A DNA stretch of 64,000 nucleotides from an uncultured Verrucomicrobiae bacterium (lineage in GTDB: Bacteria; Verrucomicrobiota; Verrucomicrobiia; Palsa-1439). Made by a program: the position numbers and the translations under genes. The notes below the pieces were generated by a model. It searched no databases and was not told where the DNA came from. It saw nothing but the letters and a program-made list of their open reading frames with translations. Positions 1 to 9,462 of the stretch are shown here, one piece after another. The stretch's first letter is position 1. Each line of letters opens with the position of its first letter. The DNA is taken from contig CAWEWF010000001.1 of assembly GCA_963812605.1 (NCBI GenBank), positions 224,001 through 288,000 of the forward strand, in the 5' to 3' direction.

Positions 1-1130
1 CCGGGCCGCGCTTCGAAGTCGACGCCCTTGAGGACGGGATGGTTCGAATCATAACCGAACCACACGCTCTCGAAGCGTACCACACCGTCGCAACGCGTGA
101 GCGGTCGCGCGCCGGGCGCGTCGCCAATCGTCGGTTTCGTTTCGAGGATCTCGATAACGCGGCGGAATGGCGTGAGCGCGCCCTGGACCGCCGTGGCGAT
201 GCCGCTGATCGTGCTCATCGGGCCGTAGAGCATTCCAACATAGGTGATGAAGACGAGCAATTCGCCGATGCTGAGCCGGCCCGCCAGCACGCGCTGGCCG
301 CCAACCCAAATCATCGCCACCGTTCCGACCGCCGTGATCAGCCCGACGACAAACGACGAAATCACCTGCACTTTCGTCATGCGCACGTTGGCGTCCACGC
401 TTTGCGCCGCGCCCGTGTTGAAGCGCCGCACCTCGTCTTCTTCGCGCGCAAACGCCTGGATGGTGCGAATGGCCGAGAGCGACTCCTGGATCATCGCGCT
501 GACTTTGCTCTCGCGCGTGTGATACTCGGTCGAAACATCCGTCATCAGGCGATTGTAATGTTTGATGGTCAACGCCAGCGCCGGCGCGACGACCAGCGCC
601 AGCAGCGTCAGCACCACGTCGAACCGCAGCATGATGATCATCATCCCGATCAACGTCGCAATGGCCGACACCAACGGGATGAGCCCGCCGTTGAAAATCG
701 TCTGGATGGAATACGTGTCCCACGTCACGCGGTAAATCGAATCGCCCACCGCCCGGCCGTCGTGGAACACCAGGCTCAGTTTTTGCAGGTGTTCATACAC
801 CCGGAACCGCAACTCCTGCGTCATCCGCAGCCCCGCGCGCACGAGATACATCGTCCCCCACGCCGCAAGCCCGCCGCGCACGATATTAATGACCAGCAGC
901 GCCAGGCACACCATGAGCAACGCCCCGGCTTTATTGTCAGCAAACCCCGCCAGTGACGCCGGCATGGGTACCGAGCCGAGAATGCTATCGACAATAATCT
1001 TTAACGGCCACGGCTGCAGCAGGCTCGCGGCGATGCTAAACAATGTCAGCACCAGCCCGACCAGCGCGGCGCGCTGCTGGCCGCGAATCAGCGACCAAGC
1101 ATGCGGCCAAAGTTTGGGCGTCTGGTTCAT
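1..1130 (-). CDS. ABC transporter permease/ATP-binding protein (MsbA-like exporter), 3' end runs off the window
   Basis: Not in the ORF track because it is open-ended. Manual translation from ATG 1130 gives MNQTPKLW...LLQPWPLKIIVD...HLQKLSLVFHD...YRVTWDTYSIQ...IQESLSAIRTIQAF...VRFESVWFGY: six TM helices, then the start of the NBD. ATGA overlap with the pyrD stop. Confidence 0.9.
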   Translation of the reverse strand, partial: MNQTPKLWPHAWSLIRGQQRAALVGLVLTLFSIAASLLQPWPLKIIVDSILGSVPMPASLAGFADNKAGALLMVCLALLVINIVRGGLAAWGTMYLVRAGLRMTQELRFRVYEHLQKLSLVFHDGRAVGDSIYRVTWDTYSIQTIFNGGLIPLVSAIATLIGMMIIMLRFDVVLTLLALVVAPALALTIKHYNRLMTDVSTEYHTRESKVSAMIQESLSAIRTIQAFAREEDEVRRFNTGAAQSVDANVRMTKVQVISSFVVGLITAVGTVAMIWVGGQRVLAGRLSIGELLVFITYVGMLYGPMSTISGIATAVQGALTPFRRVIEILETKPTIGDAPGARPLTRCDGVVRFESVWFGYDSNHPVLKGVDFEARP

Positions 1131-2209
1131 TCCGTTCCTACCGCTTCGGCGATACTCCCAAATCCATCGCGGGCAAGCAATCGCAGCAGTCCGCGATTGA
1201 TGTTCCGCACGATGGCCGGGCCTTCGTAAATCATTCCCGTCCAAACTTCAACCAGGCTCGCACCCGCGCGGATCTTCTCGTAGGCGTCTTCCGCCGTGAA
1301 AATTCCGCCGACACCGATGATCGGCAGCTTGCCCTGCGTTTGTCGACAGATATGGCGGACACATTCAGTGGCCCGCGCCCGCAACGGCGCGCCGCTCAGT
1401 CCGCCTTCCGGGGGCGTCGGATGGTCGATGGTTGTATTCGTGGCGACAATGCCTGCGATTCCGTGCTTCTGGACCAGGGTGACCACGTCGTCGATCTGAT
1501 CAAAAGTCAGGTCGGGAGCGATTTTTATCAGCATCGGAACTTGCCTGGAGGGCGAGCCGTTGGGAAAATGCGCGGCTCGGCTGGAGCCTCGCCCTCCAGA
1601 AATCTCCGTCAATAACTCATCCAACATTTCCTTGTCCTGCAACTTCCGCAAGCCGGGCGTGTTGGGCGAGCTGACGTTAATGATGAAAAAATCGGCGCGG
1701 TCATGAAGTTTATGGAGAGTGTCAGCGTAGCTTTCGCCGGCCCGCGCCAAATCCACGTCGCGGTTTTTCCCGACATTGATGCCGATGGGGATGCGGTGCG
1801 GGGGCGGCGGAATACGAGCCGCAATCGCCTCGGCGCCATCATTATTGAAGCCCATGCGATTGATGAGCGCGCGTTGATCGACCCGGCGAAAAAGACGGGG
1901 TGGTTCGGTGCCTGGCTGCGCTCGCGAAGTCACGCTGCCGATCTCCACAAAACCAAACCCCAGCGCCGGCCATAATTCCAGCCCCAGCGCGTTCTTGTCG
2001 TAGCCCGCGGCCAGTCCAACGGGATTGGGGAATTCGATGCCAAACACCGTCTGGCGAAGGCGTCGGTCTTCCACGACGAACAGACTCTCGACGGCGTCCG
2101 AAGCGATGCGGCAACGGCCCAGCGACGCAACGAGGTTCAACGCCCGCTCATGGGCAGCTTCGGGATCGGCTTGGAAAAGCCTGGGACGCACGAACGCCTT
2201 GTAGAACAT
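1127..2209 (-). CDS. pyrD: Quinone-dependent dihydroorotate dehydrogenase (class 2)
   Basis: FPNPVGLAAGYDK, INRMGFNNDG, INVSSPNTPGLR, KIAPDL and GGLSG motifs; start placed at MFYKAFVRP (2209). Confidence 0.96.
   Translation of the reverse strand: MFYKAFVRPRLFQADPEAAHERALNLVASLGRCRIASDAVESLFVVEDRRLRQTVFGIEFPNPVGLAAGYDKNALGLELWPALGFGFVEIGSVTSRAQPGTEPPRLFRRVDQRALINRMGFNNDGAEAIAARIPPPPHRIPIGINVGKNRDVDLARAGESYADTLHKLHDRADFFIINVSSPNTPGLRKLQDKEMLDELLTEISGGRGSSRAAHFPNGSPSRQVPMLIKIAPDLTFDQIDDVVTLVQKHGIAGIVATNTTIDHPTPPEGGLSGAPLRARATECVRHICRQTQGKLPIIGVGGIFTAEDAYEKIRAGASLVEVWTGMIYEGPAIVRNINRGLLRLLARDGFGSIAEAVGTE
1545..1599. repeat. REP-like palindrome inserted in frame inside pyrD
   Basis: Perfect 12-bp inverted repeat CTGGAGGGCGAG (1545-1556) / CTCGCCCTCCAG (1588-1599); it encodes the low-complexity loop SGGRGSSRAAHFPNGSPSR. 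Confidence 0.75.
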
Positions 2210-2288
2210 GGGGCTACCATGGCAAATTGGCTGGACGCTTGCTATATTTTTGTGTTGGGACGATACTAGGGGTGTGAAACCTCGAGCC

Positions 2289-2789
2289 ATGACGCCCGAA
2301 GTTCAGAAGCATATCGAGTACGCGTCGGGTTATCTTGACCTGAAGATGTACGATGACGCGATGCGGGAGGCTGACAAGGCGTTGGCGCTCGCCCCCAATT
2401 CCCGGGAAGCCATCGGCATCAAGTCCGACGTGCTCTGCCAGGCCAACCGGCTGAAGGAGGCCGAGCCGTTTATGGCCCAGCTTGCCGAATTGAGCCCAAG
2501 CGACTCCGCGATTTGGATCAATCTCGCCTACATCCGTCGGCGCACGCAATCGATCGACGCGGCAGTGGACACCTTGCAGCGCGCGTTTGACGCCAATCCC
2601 CAAGACGCGCTGGCGCACTACAACATGGCCTGCTACCGCGCCGTCCAGCATCGGGCAGAAGAAGCGATTGAACTGCTCAAGAACGCTTTGCACCTGAATC
2701 CGAAGTTGAAGGTGCTCGCGAAAGCCGAGGCGGACTTCACCGGGCTGCGCGAACTGCCCGCCTTCCAAAAACTGCTCGGCAGCCGCTGA
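2289..2789 (+). CDS. Tetratricopeptide repeat protein
   Basis: Four TPR-like units (ALALAPN, LAELSPSD, AFDANPQDALAHYNMAC, ALHLNP) and a C-terminal AKAEADF motif. Confidence 0.88.
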   Translation: MTPEVQKHIEYASGYLDLKMYDDAMREADKALALAPNSREAIGIKSDVLCQANRLKEAEPFMAQLAELSPSDSAIWINLAYIRRRTQSIDAAVDTLQRAFDANPQDALAHYNMACYRAVQHRAEEAIELLKNALHLNPKLKVLAKAEADFTGLRELPAFQKLLGSR

Positions 2790-2939
2790 CCCGTGTTCGG
2801 CCTGCCGCGGAAATTCTTGTTTTCCTGGTCTTTCGTCTTGTCATGCCCGCCGGTTTTTGCCACTCTCGCCTTGGCGAGTTTGGGACGGCGCGCACAGGTG
2901 CGCGCCTAAATTGAGCAGGCAACTTGGAGGAAAACGGTT

Positions 2940-3374
2940 ATGGACAACAACACACCCCCGCAGTCAGTTATTTCCAGCGAAGTCGAAATCACCGGTACGA
3001 TCAAAAGCTCCGGCTCCATCCGTGTCGATGGCAAGCTGGATGGTGAATTGCATTGCACCGGCGATGCCATCATCGGCAAGTCCGCGCAGATCAAAGGCAA
3101 CATCGTGGTCACCTCGGCGACCATCGAAGGCGCCGTCCAGGGCAACGTCACCGCCAAGGACCGCATCGAGATGAAATCCTCCGCCCGCGTGACGGGGGAT
3201 ATCCGCGCCAAACGGCTCAGCGTCGAGGATGGCGTGACCTTCATCGGTCGCTCCGAGGTCAATCCTTCCGGCTCGCCGCTCAGCGCGGCCGCGCCGGTGA
3301 TGAGCGAATCGACCGAGACCGCCGACGACGAGCACGCCGAGGCGGCCACCGTCCGGACTTTCGGACGGCGCTAA
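2940..3374 (+). CDS. Bactofilin (polymer-forming cytoskeletal protein)
   Basis: SVISSEVEITGTI...IRVDGKLDGELH...IIGKSAQIKGNI...IEGAVQGNV...VTGDI...LSVEDGVTFIG beta-helix pattern. Confidence 0.93.
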   Translation: MDNNTPPQSVISSEVEITGTIKSSGSIRVDGKLDGELHCTGDAIIGKSAQIKGNIVVTSATIEGAVQGNVTAKDRIEMKSSARVTGDIRAKRLSVEDGVTFIGRSEVNPSGSPLSAAAPVMSESTETADDEHAEAATVRTFGRR

Positions 3375-3418
3375 TGCGTCGTGCCGGTTGGCGGCACGTG
3401 TTCTTACGGGAGTGAGCT

Positions 3419-4150
3419 GTGCCCAAGAACCGCAAGGTCAACACACTCGATAGCTACGCGACGATCCGTGCCGTCGCGCGCACCAAACCTGTGCCCGGCT
3501 CGCCACCGGCGGAGGAGGCGGTCCCGACCGACGCGCCGGCGGTTGACCTGCAGAAGCCGGGCGCGCGGGTGGCGCGGACCACGGTTCCCGTCAAACACCA
3601 CATCGAGTGCTACGAGTGCGGTTACAAATTCCAGGTGCATGGACGCGCGACGACGACCCACTGCCCCAAATGCCGCGTGTTGCTCGATTTCAAGGATTAC
3701 CTCATCGACTCCGAGTGGGTGGACACGATCAAGACGGCCGGCACCATCCGCCTCGCCGCCACGGGCGTGCTCAAAAGCGGGGACTTGATTGGCGCGGAGG
3801 TGATCATCGAGGGAATCATCGAAGGCGGACGGGCCCGCGCCTTGCGGACCATTGAACTGGGGGCGGGCGCGATTTTCTCGGAGAAAGCCGTGTCCGCCCC
3901 TGATCTCCGCATCGCGCCAGGGGCGGAATTCAAATTCAAGCAGGACGCCCGTTACCGCAACGTCGAGATCTTCGGCACCCTCCATACCAAGCTTGAATCC
4001 ACGGGGATTATTACTGTGAAAGCCGGCGGACTGCTGACGGGTGAGGTCCAGGCCCAGCATCTCGTGGTGGAAGAGGGCGGCGGACTGCAAGCGATGCTGC
4101 GCATTGCCCCCAAATCGGAACTTATCCCCGAAGGCGAAGAAGCCGCCTAA
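3419..4150 (+). CDS. Zinc-ribbon plus bactofilin-domain protein
   Basis: CYECG...CPKC followed by two bactofilin-like repeat blocks (GVLKSGDLIGAEVIIEGIIEG; GGLLTGEVQAQHLVVEEGG). Confidence 0.78.
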   Translation: MPKNRKVNTLDSYATIRAVARTKPVPGSPPAEEAVPTDAPAVDLQKPGARVARTTVPVKHHIECYECGYKFQVHGRATTTHCPKCRVLLDFKDYLIDSEWVDTIKTAGTIRLAATGVLKSGDLIGAEVIIEGIIEGGRARALRTIELGAGAIFSEKAVSAPDLRIAPGAEFKFKQDARYRNVEIFGTLHTKLESTGIITVKAGGLLTGEVQAQHLVVEEGGGLQAMLRIAPKSELIPEGEEAA

Positions 4151-4168
4151 CAGAACTTCCCATGCCCG

Positions 4169-4240
4169 TTGTAGCCGCGCCTCTATGAGGCGCGCACCCC
4201 GGCGCGAAACCCGACATGGCTCACAGAGCCGTGCCTACAA
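4169..4240. repeat. GTAG-type REP doublet between convergent genes
   Basis: TTGTAG-CCGCGCCTCTATGAGGCGCG...CATGGCTCACAGAGCCGTGC-CTACAA: two internal hairpins framed by TTGTAG/CTACAA. Confidence 0.7.
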
Positions 4241-4261
4241 GGACCGGTTTTGTTAGGCGCT

Positions 4262-6073
4262 CTACGCACCCCGCAACGCGGCGTGGTATTCTTGCAGCGA
4301 ACAGACGGTGAGGCCCCTTTCGCGGAGCGCCTTGATCCCCAGCAAGGCGGCGTTGGCGCCCGCCAACGTCGTCATGATGGAAATCTTGTGGGCGACCGCC
4401 GCGGTGCGGATTTGGACCTCGTCCGCGCGCGGCGTCTTGCCGGCGGGCGTGTTGATGACCAGGTTGATTTCGTTGTTCTTGATCAAGTCGAGCACGTTCG
4501 GGCGGCCTTCTGTGAGCTTGAAGAGAAACTGGACCTTGATGCCATTCTCTTCCAGCACTTTCGCCGTGCCGCCGGTGGCGCACAGCTCGAACCCGAGTTC
4601 GCTGAAGCCCCTCGCGAGCGGCACAACGAGTTTCTTGTCGGAGTCACGCACGCTGATGAAGACCCGGCCCCGCTGCGGCAACGCGGGTGAAGCGGCCAAT
4701 TGCGATTTGGCATAAGCCATCCCCCAATCCTTGCCGATCCCCATCACTTCGCCCGTGGACCGCATTTCGGGTCCCAAGCAGGATGTCTTGTCCCGGAAAT
4801 TTGTTGAACGGGAAGACCGATTCCTTCACGCAGTAGTACTTCGGCCGGATTTCCCGGGTGAACCCGAGTTCGGGGAGTTTCTTGCCGGTCATTACCTTGG
4901 CCGCGAGCTTCGCCAGCGGCACGCCGATGGCCTTGCTGACGAATGGCACGGTGCGCGAGGCGCGCGGGTTCACTTCCAGCACCCAGACGTTTTTGCCTTT
5001 CACCGCAAATTGCACGTTCATCAGGCCCGCGACTTTCAATTCGCGCGCCATCGCCTCGCTGTAACGGCGCATCGTGTCGATGTTCTCGGGCCAGATCGAA
5101 TGCGGCGGCAACACCATGGCCGCGTCGCCGCTATGGCAACCCGCAAACTCGATGTGCTCCAGCATTCCGCCGACCACGACCGTGTCCCCGCCCAACGCCA
5201 ATGTCGGCAATGCAATCCACGTCCACTTCGAAGGCTTCTTCGAGGAATTTGTCCACCAGCACGGGCCGTTCGGGCGACGCCTCGACGGCAAAACGCATGT
5301 AGTGGCGGATTTCGTCGTCGCTGTAAACGATCTGCATCGCGCGCCCGCCGAGCACGAACGACGGACGCACCAGCACGGGATAGCCAACCTTGTGCGCCGC
5401 CGCGAGCGCTTCTTCTTCATTGACCGCCAGGCCATTCGGCGGCTGCGGGATGCCGAGCTTGTCGAGCATCGCGGAAAACATCTTGCGGTCCTCGGCCATT
5501 TCAATGCTCTGCGGCGACGTGCCGATGATGTTGACGCCGTTTTTCTGCAGGCCCAGCGCCAGGTTGAGCGGAGTCTGCCCGCCGAATTGCGCGATCGCGC
5601 CCCAGCACTGTTCGCGCTCGTAAATATGCAGCACGTCTTCCAGCGTCAGCGGCTCGAAAAACAACTTGTCGCTGGTGTCGTAATCGGTGGAGACCGTCTC
5701 GGGATTCGAGTTCACCATGATGGTCTCGAGCCCGAGTTCCTTCAAGGCGAACGCCGCATGCACGCAGCAGTAATCAAACTCGATCCCCTGCCCGATGCGG
5801 TTCGGTCCGCCGCCGAGGATCATCACCTTGCGCGTGTCGGTCTTCCGCACCTCATCGTCGCCCGTGTCGTAGGTCGAATAGTAATACGGCGTGTAAGCCT
5901 CAAATTCCGCCGCGCACGTGTCCACCAGCCGATACGACGGCACCAGCCCGATCTTCTTGCGCAACGCCCGCACCTCATCCTCCGTGCTCCCGACCAGCGC
6001 CGCAATCTGCCGGTCGGAAAAGCCCAGTGGACTTGGCTTTCTGAAGAAGTGACTGCTTGTGAATGCTCGCCAT
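4262..6073 (-). CDS. carB: Carbamoyl-phosphate synthase large subunit, C-terminal half (carbamoyl-phosphate synthetic and MGS domains), with 3 apparent frameshifts (~6030, ~5190, ~4775)
   Basis: Joined frames read [24 protein letters not shown]...VDTCAAEF...[16 protein letters not shown]...RPSFVLGG...[12 protein letters not shown]...[12 protein letters not shown]...INTP. It has its own ATG at 6073. Confidence 0.93.
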
Positions 6074-6081
6074 CGCCCGCG

Positions 6082-6110
6082 ACCTTAGCGAAGCGTTACG
6101 TTTTTGACAA
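6082..6110 (-). promoter_or_regulatory. Sigma70-like promoter for the carB C-terminal half
   Basis: Minus strand reads TTGTCA-17 nt-TAAGGT, then 8 nt to ATG 6073. Confidence 0.55.
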
Positions 6111-6189
6111 GAGGGTTACCGCGCCGGTTGAAGCTTCGTTGCACGCAATGCCAGAACTCAGGCGCGCAAGATCAAATCAAAACAGATTG

Positions 6190-6678
6190 TCACTTCTTCT
6201 CGAAAATCATCACGGCATTTTCGTCAGGGTCGCCATGGGTCATAAGGAGACCGTAAGGCGCCGCCTTTCCCGTAAAGTCTAGTGAATCCATCCTGCTGTC
6301 TGTATCGGAAAAGCGAATGCTCCAAACGCTCTGGGTGCCGTATGTAGTGATAATATTATCGCAATACCAGTGGCCCGTCGTTGAAATAAAGCCTGCGAAC
6401 TGGAAGTTAGTCCAGGTCGGATAATTGACGATTTGGAATGAGCCATCTGCCTGCAAATCCAATTGACTCTGCCGCCCCTGAAGAATCGCCATGCCGTTTG
6501 TGGTGATTGTCTGCTGGGTAAGCAAGTAGCTGCCGACGATGTCCTCCTGCTTTGGTCGGGTCGTTGTCAACGTGTGCGCATACCGATCCCAACTATCATC
6601 AAAATGTTCGCAACCAACTAGATGGCCTAATATGCAGACGGTGATCACGAGGCCAAAGAAGCGATTGATCCGCAGCAT
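6190..6678 (-). CDS. Hypothetical lipoprotein
   Basis: Signal peptide with lipobox-like LVGC. Visibly AT-richer than its flanks. No family recognised. Confidence 0.7.
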   Translation of the reverse strand: MLRINRFFGLVITVCILGHLVGCEHFDDSWDRYAHTLTTTRPKQEDIVGSYLLTQQTITTNGMAILQGRQSQLDLQADGSFQIVNYPTWTNFQFAGFISTTGHWYCDNIITTYGTQSVWSIRFSDTDSRMDSLDFTGKAAPYGLLMTHGDPDENAVMIFEKK

Positions 6679-6779
6679 GAACTAGACATTATCGCACGAC
6701 AGCAAGCTTAACAAGCGGACGGTGGAAGGTGCTATCATGATTTGAGTGTTGTCCGAAACCGCAGGATCTTTCCTCGCGG

Positions 6780-6849
6780 TGTCATTCTGAGCGAAGCGAA
6801 GAATCTGGCTCGCATTCAGGCTAGACCCTTCGCTTTGCTCAGGGTGACA
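6780..6849. repeat. REP/MITE-like palindromic element
   Basis: TGTCATTCTGAGCGAAGCGAAG...CTTCGCTTTGCTCAGGGTGACA imperfect inverted repeat. Confidence 0.75.
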
Positions 6850-6888
6850 GACAATTCTCCCCGTTTGTGTAAAACGCACTGCGGAACG

Positions 6889-9055
6889 TCAGCGGCTGGA
6901 GGCGACCTGCTTGGCGGGCGGCGCGGTGCTGGAGCGGATTTCGTAGAGGTGGTAGCCGATCTCCCGGGCGGCGCGGATGGTCTCGGTGTAGGGGGTGTCG
7001 GCCACGTCGACGAAACCATTTTGGTAATTCTCGCCGTCGAGCGTGCGGCCCGTCGTCGGTTCGTCGCGATAGGAGAACCAGTGGCAACCGACGATGTTCG
7101 GATGGCGGAGCGCGTCGGTCACGAAACCTTTGTACGCGGTGGCGCGCTCCGCTTGGTCCTTAACCCTCACCAGACCCGGGTAAAATTGTCCACGATCCGT
7201 CGCGCCGAAATGGAATTCGCCGATCATCACCGGCACGTCCACATTCTCGGGCAATTTGAAATCGGCGACCGAACGACGGTAAATATTGTAGCTGAGCACA
7301 TCACAGTAATGGGCGGCGGTTTCGACGACAGCCGGGTTTGAACCGGAGAAGCGACAGCCCAGGTAAAGGTGGTTCGGCGCGGTCTTATGCACGGCCTGGC
7401 TGCAGAGTTTGAAGTACTGTCGGGCGGTGTGCTTGTAGAACGCCAGCAAATCATCGCGGGCCCGCGCTTTGTCCGGCGTCTCGCGGCTTTCGATGATGTC
7501 ACCCCAAGACTTGTAGCTCATTCCCCAGCCGGCATTGAGCTTCTCGAATGTCGTGATACTTCGCCATCAGATCGGCCACGAGAACCTGCTTGGCCGCCTG
7601 GTACGGGGGCGAATCGAGCGTCGCCAGCGCGAGTGAAACATCGCTGCCCCAGCCGATCTCGTTGTCGATGAAATAACCCATGCACCACGGGTCGTTCGCG
7701 GTGGCCCTGGCCTGGTCCGCCACGCTGGCGCGCAGTTGCCGGCCGAAGTCAGGATCAAACACATCGCGGAATCGTCCCCAATACCCTTTCGTCCCTTCGA
7801 GCGGCTTGCTGGAAAAATGGACCGCCTCCACGTATGGGGTCCGCTGCAGCGCGCAGATCGCGGGGTCGGACCAATTGCCAATCGTGTTCAGGCCCCAGCT
7901 CCGCAATCGCTCTTGCGTCATCTCCGCAAAATCGCCGGTCCAGCTCGCGCCGTACTTGCGTTTCAAGTTGGCGCCTGGAAAATCGTAACAAGCTGGCTTC
8001 GTGTCGAGATAATGGCCCCACTGCGACTCGCTGGTGGAAAGAAACTCCTTGTACTCGGGTTGCGTTCCGGGAAAATCCTGGAACCACGTGGCGCGACCCT
8101 CCAGCGGCGTTGTTTCGCCGGGCCAAATGCAGTCGATCCCGTTCGAAAAGAACAATCGCCCCTCGGGATCCACCAGCCACCACTTCCCGCGGAACTTGGC
8201 GGTGCGGAAAAAGCCCGTTCCCAGCAGGAGCGGCCCGTTTTTCCAGCCGCCGTACCTGTCCCACGATCTCGCCCCGCGCCACGTCGCTAATTCATCCAAT
8301 TCCGCGGCCCGCCGCGCGGTCAAGTCCTCGAGGGCGTGCGTTTTATTCGGCCAATCCGTATGAAGGTACTGCCCGAAGGTGTCGATGAATGGAAAGAGCG
8401 ACTGCAAGGCATCCGGCGGCTTTTCGACGCCGACTTTAAGAGAACTCAACCGCACGTCGCCAATCTCGAAGCTGAATTTGCTTTTCGGTTTCAGGACAAT
8501 GATGGACACGCGCGCGACCATGCCGGGGTCGATCGTGTCCTCACCAGATTCCGGCGGCGGAAAGCCGTGCATCCCGAACATATGAATCCCGGCCAGGCTG
8601 AAAGCCGACCGCTTGAAGGCCACCGCCAGCCTGCCCTGCGCGCCCGGCGCGAGCGTCACCTGACCCTCATTGGAGTGCAACGGCGGATCCGCGTCGGCGT
8701 TTTCCACGCGGCAGACAACGGTGAGCTCGTTCGCGCCCACATTGCGCACGTCCAGCATCAGCCCGTCGTGATCCGCGAGATTCCACCCGCCGTGCGGCGC
8801 TTTCAACACGATGCCGGCCCACGCCGCGTCGTCCTCGCCATCCACATGCAGCGCCATGCCAGAGTCGAGTTTCGCAGTCGTAACATCCACACTGCGCAGC
8901 TCGACGGCGTCGTTCGGTTTGCCGCCGTGTGTAAAAGCAAACAACACCGACTCGGCATTAACCCGAGCGGTGCTGATCCATCCCACCAGCAGGCAAACCC
9001 CGGCGACCACCATGCTGGTTGCCGTCGCGGGCCGAAATAAAATTTTTCCCAACAT
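6889..9055 (-). CDS. Secreted GH50 (beta-agarase-like) glycoside hydrolase with N-terminal CBM-like domain; one frameshift near 7545
   Basis: GFFRTAKFRGKWWLVDPEG, WGLNTIGNWS, GYFIDNEIGWG (acid/base), IGEFHFGA (nucleophile) and DGENYQNGFVDVADTPY. ORFs 7499-9055 and 6889-7521 are consecutive parts of one gene. Confidence 0.82.
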
Positions 9056-9358
9056 TCTCCGCTTCTCTTACAGAAGGGTACGCCAGAATTTCACAACGTC
9101 AATAAGGCGATGCGATTTTTTGAAGATTCTTTGTGAAAAATGGTAACCCGTGGTAGCCGGTTTCGCGTCTTTGAGAGAAACGCGGCGCCGTGCTCCGTGA
9201 TTCCGTGCGGTGCTTCTTGTTTCAACTTGCCCGATTGAAGCATGCAAACGATATTTCGCGCAAGCATCATGCATTCCGCAAGGAAACCGGCTCCCGACCT
9301 CGGGGCCTTTGAGTCTGCGGTCTGGCCCTAAGAACCCCGGATAGAATTTCCCATCCGT

Positions 9359-9429
9359 GTTGTAGGCCGACTCTGTGAGTCGGCGAGTTTCCCAAAGGAT
9401 TTCGCCGCTTCGCAGAAGCGGCCTACAAC
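9359..9429. repeat. GTAG-type REP doublet downstream of the carB N-terminal half
   Basis: GTTGTAGGCCG-ACTCTGTGAGTCGGC...GCCGCTTCGCAGAAG-CGGCCTACAAC terminal inverted repeat with two hairpins. Confidence 0.78.
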
Positions 9430-9462
9430 CTGAAAGACTTTTTTGGAAAACTGCTAGGCGGG

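Noticed and set aside
39-956. Long plus-strand ORFs such as 39-956, 5074-6282, 10069-11277, 49271-51157 and 52303-53856
   Set aside because: Antisense shadows of recognised genes in high-GC DNA.
4262-6073. carB C-half as a decaying pseudogene
   Set aside because: All motifs are conserved and the joined frames show no in-frame stops; the indels fit the window-wide error pattern.
6074-9462. Intron or intein interrupting carB
   Set aside because: No reverse transcriptase, homing endonuclease or intein motifs; the C-half has its own start codon and promoter-like signal.
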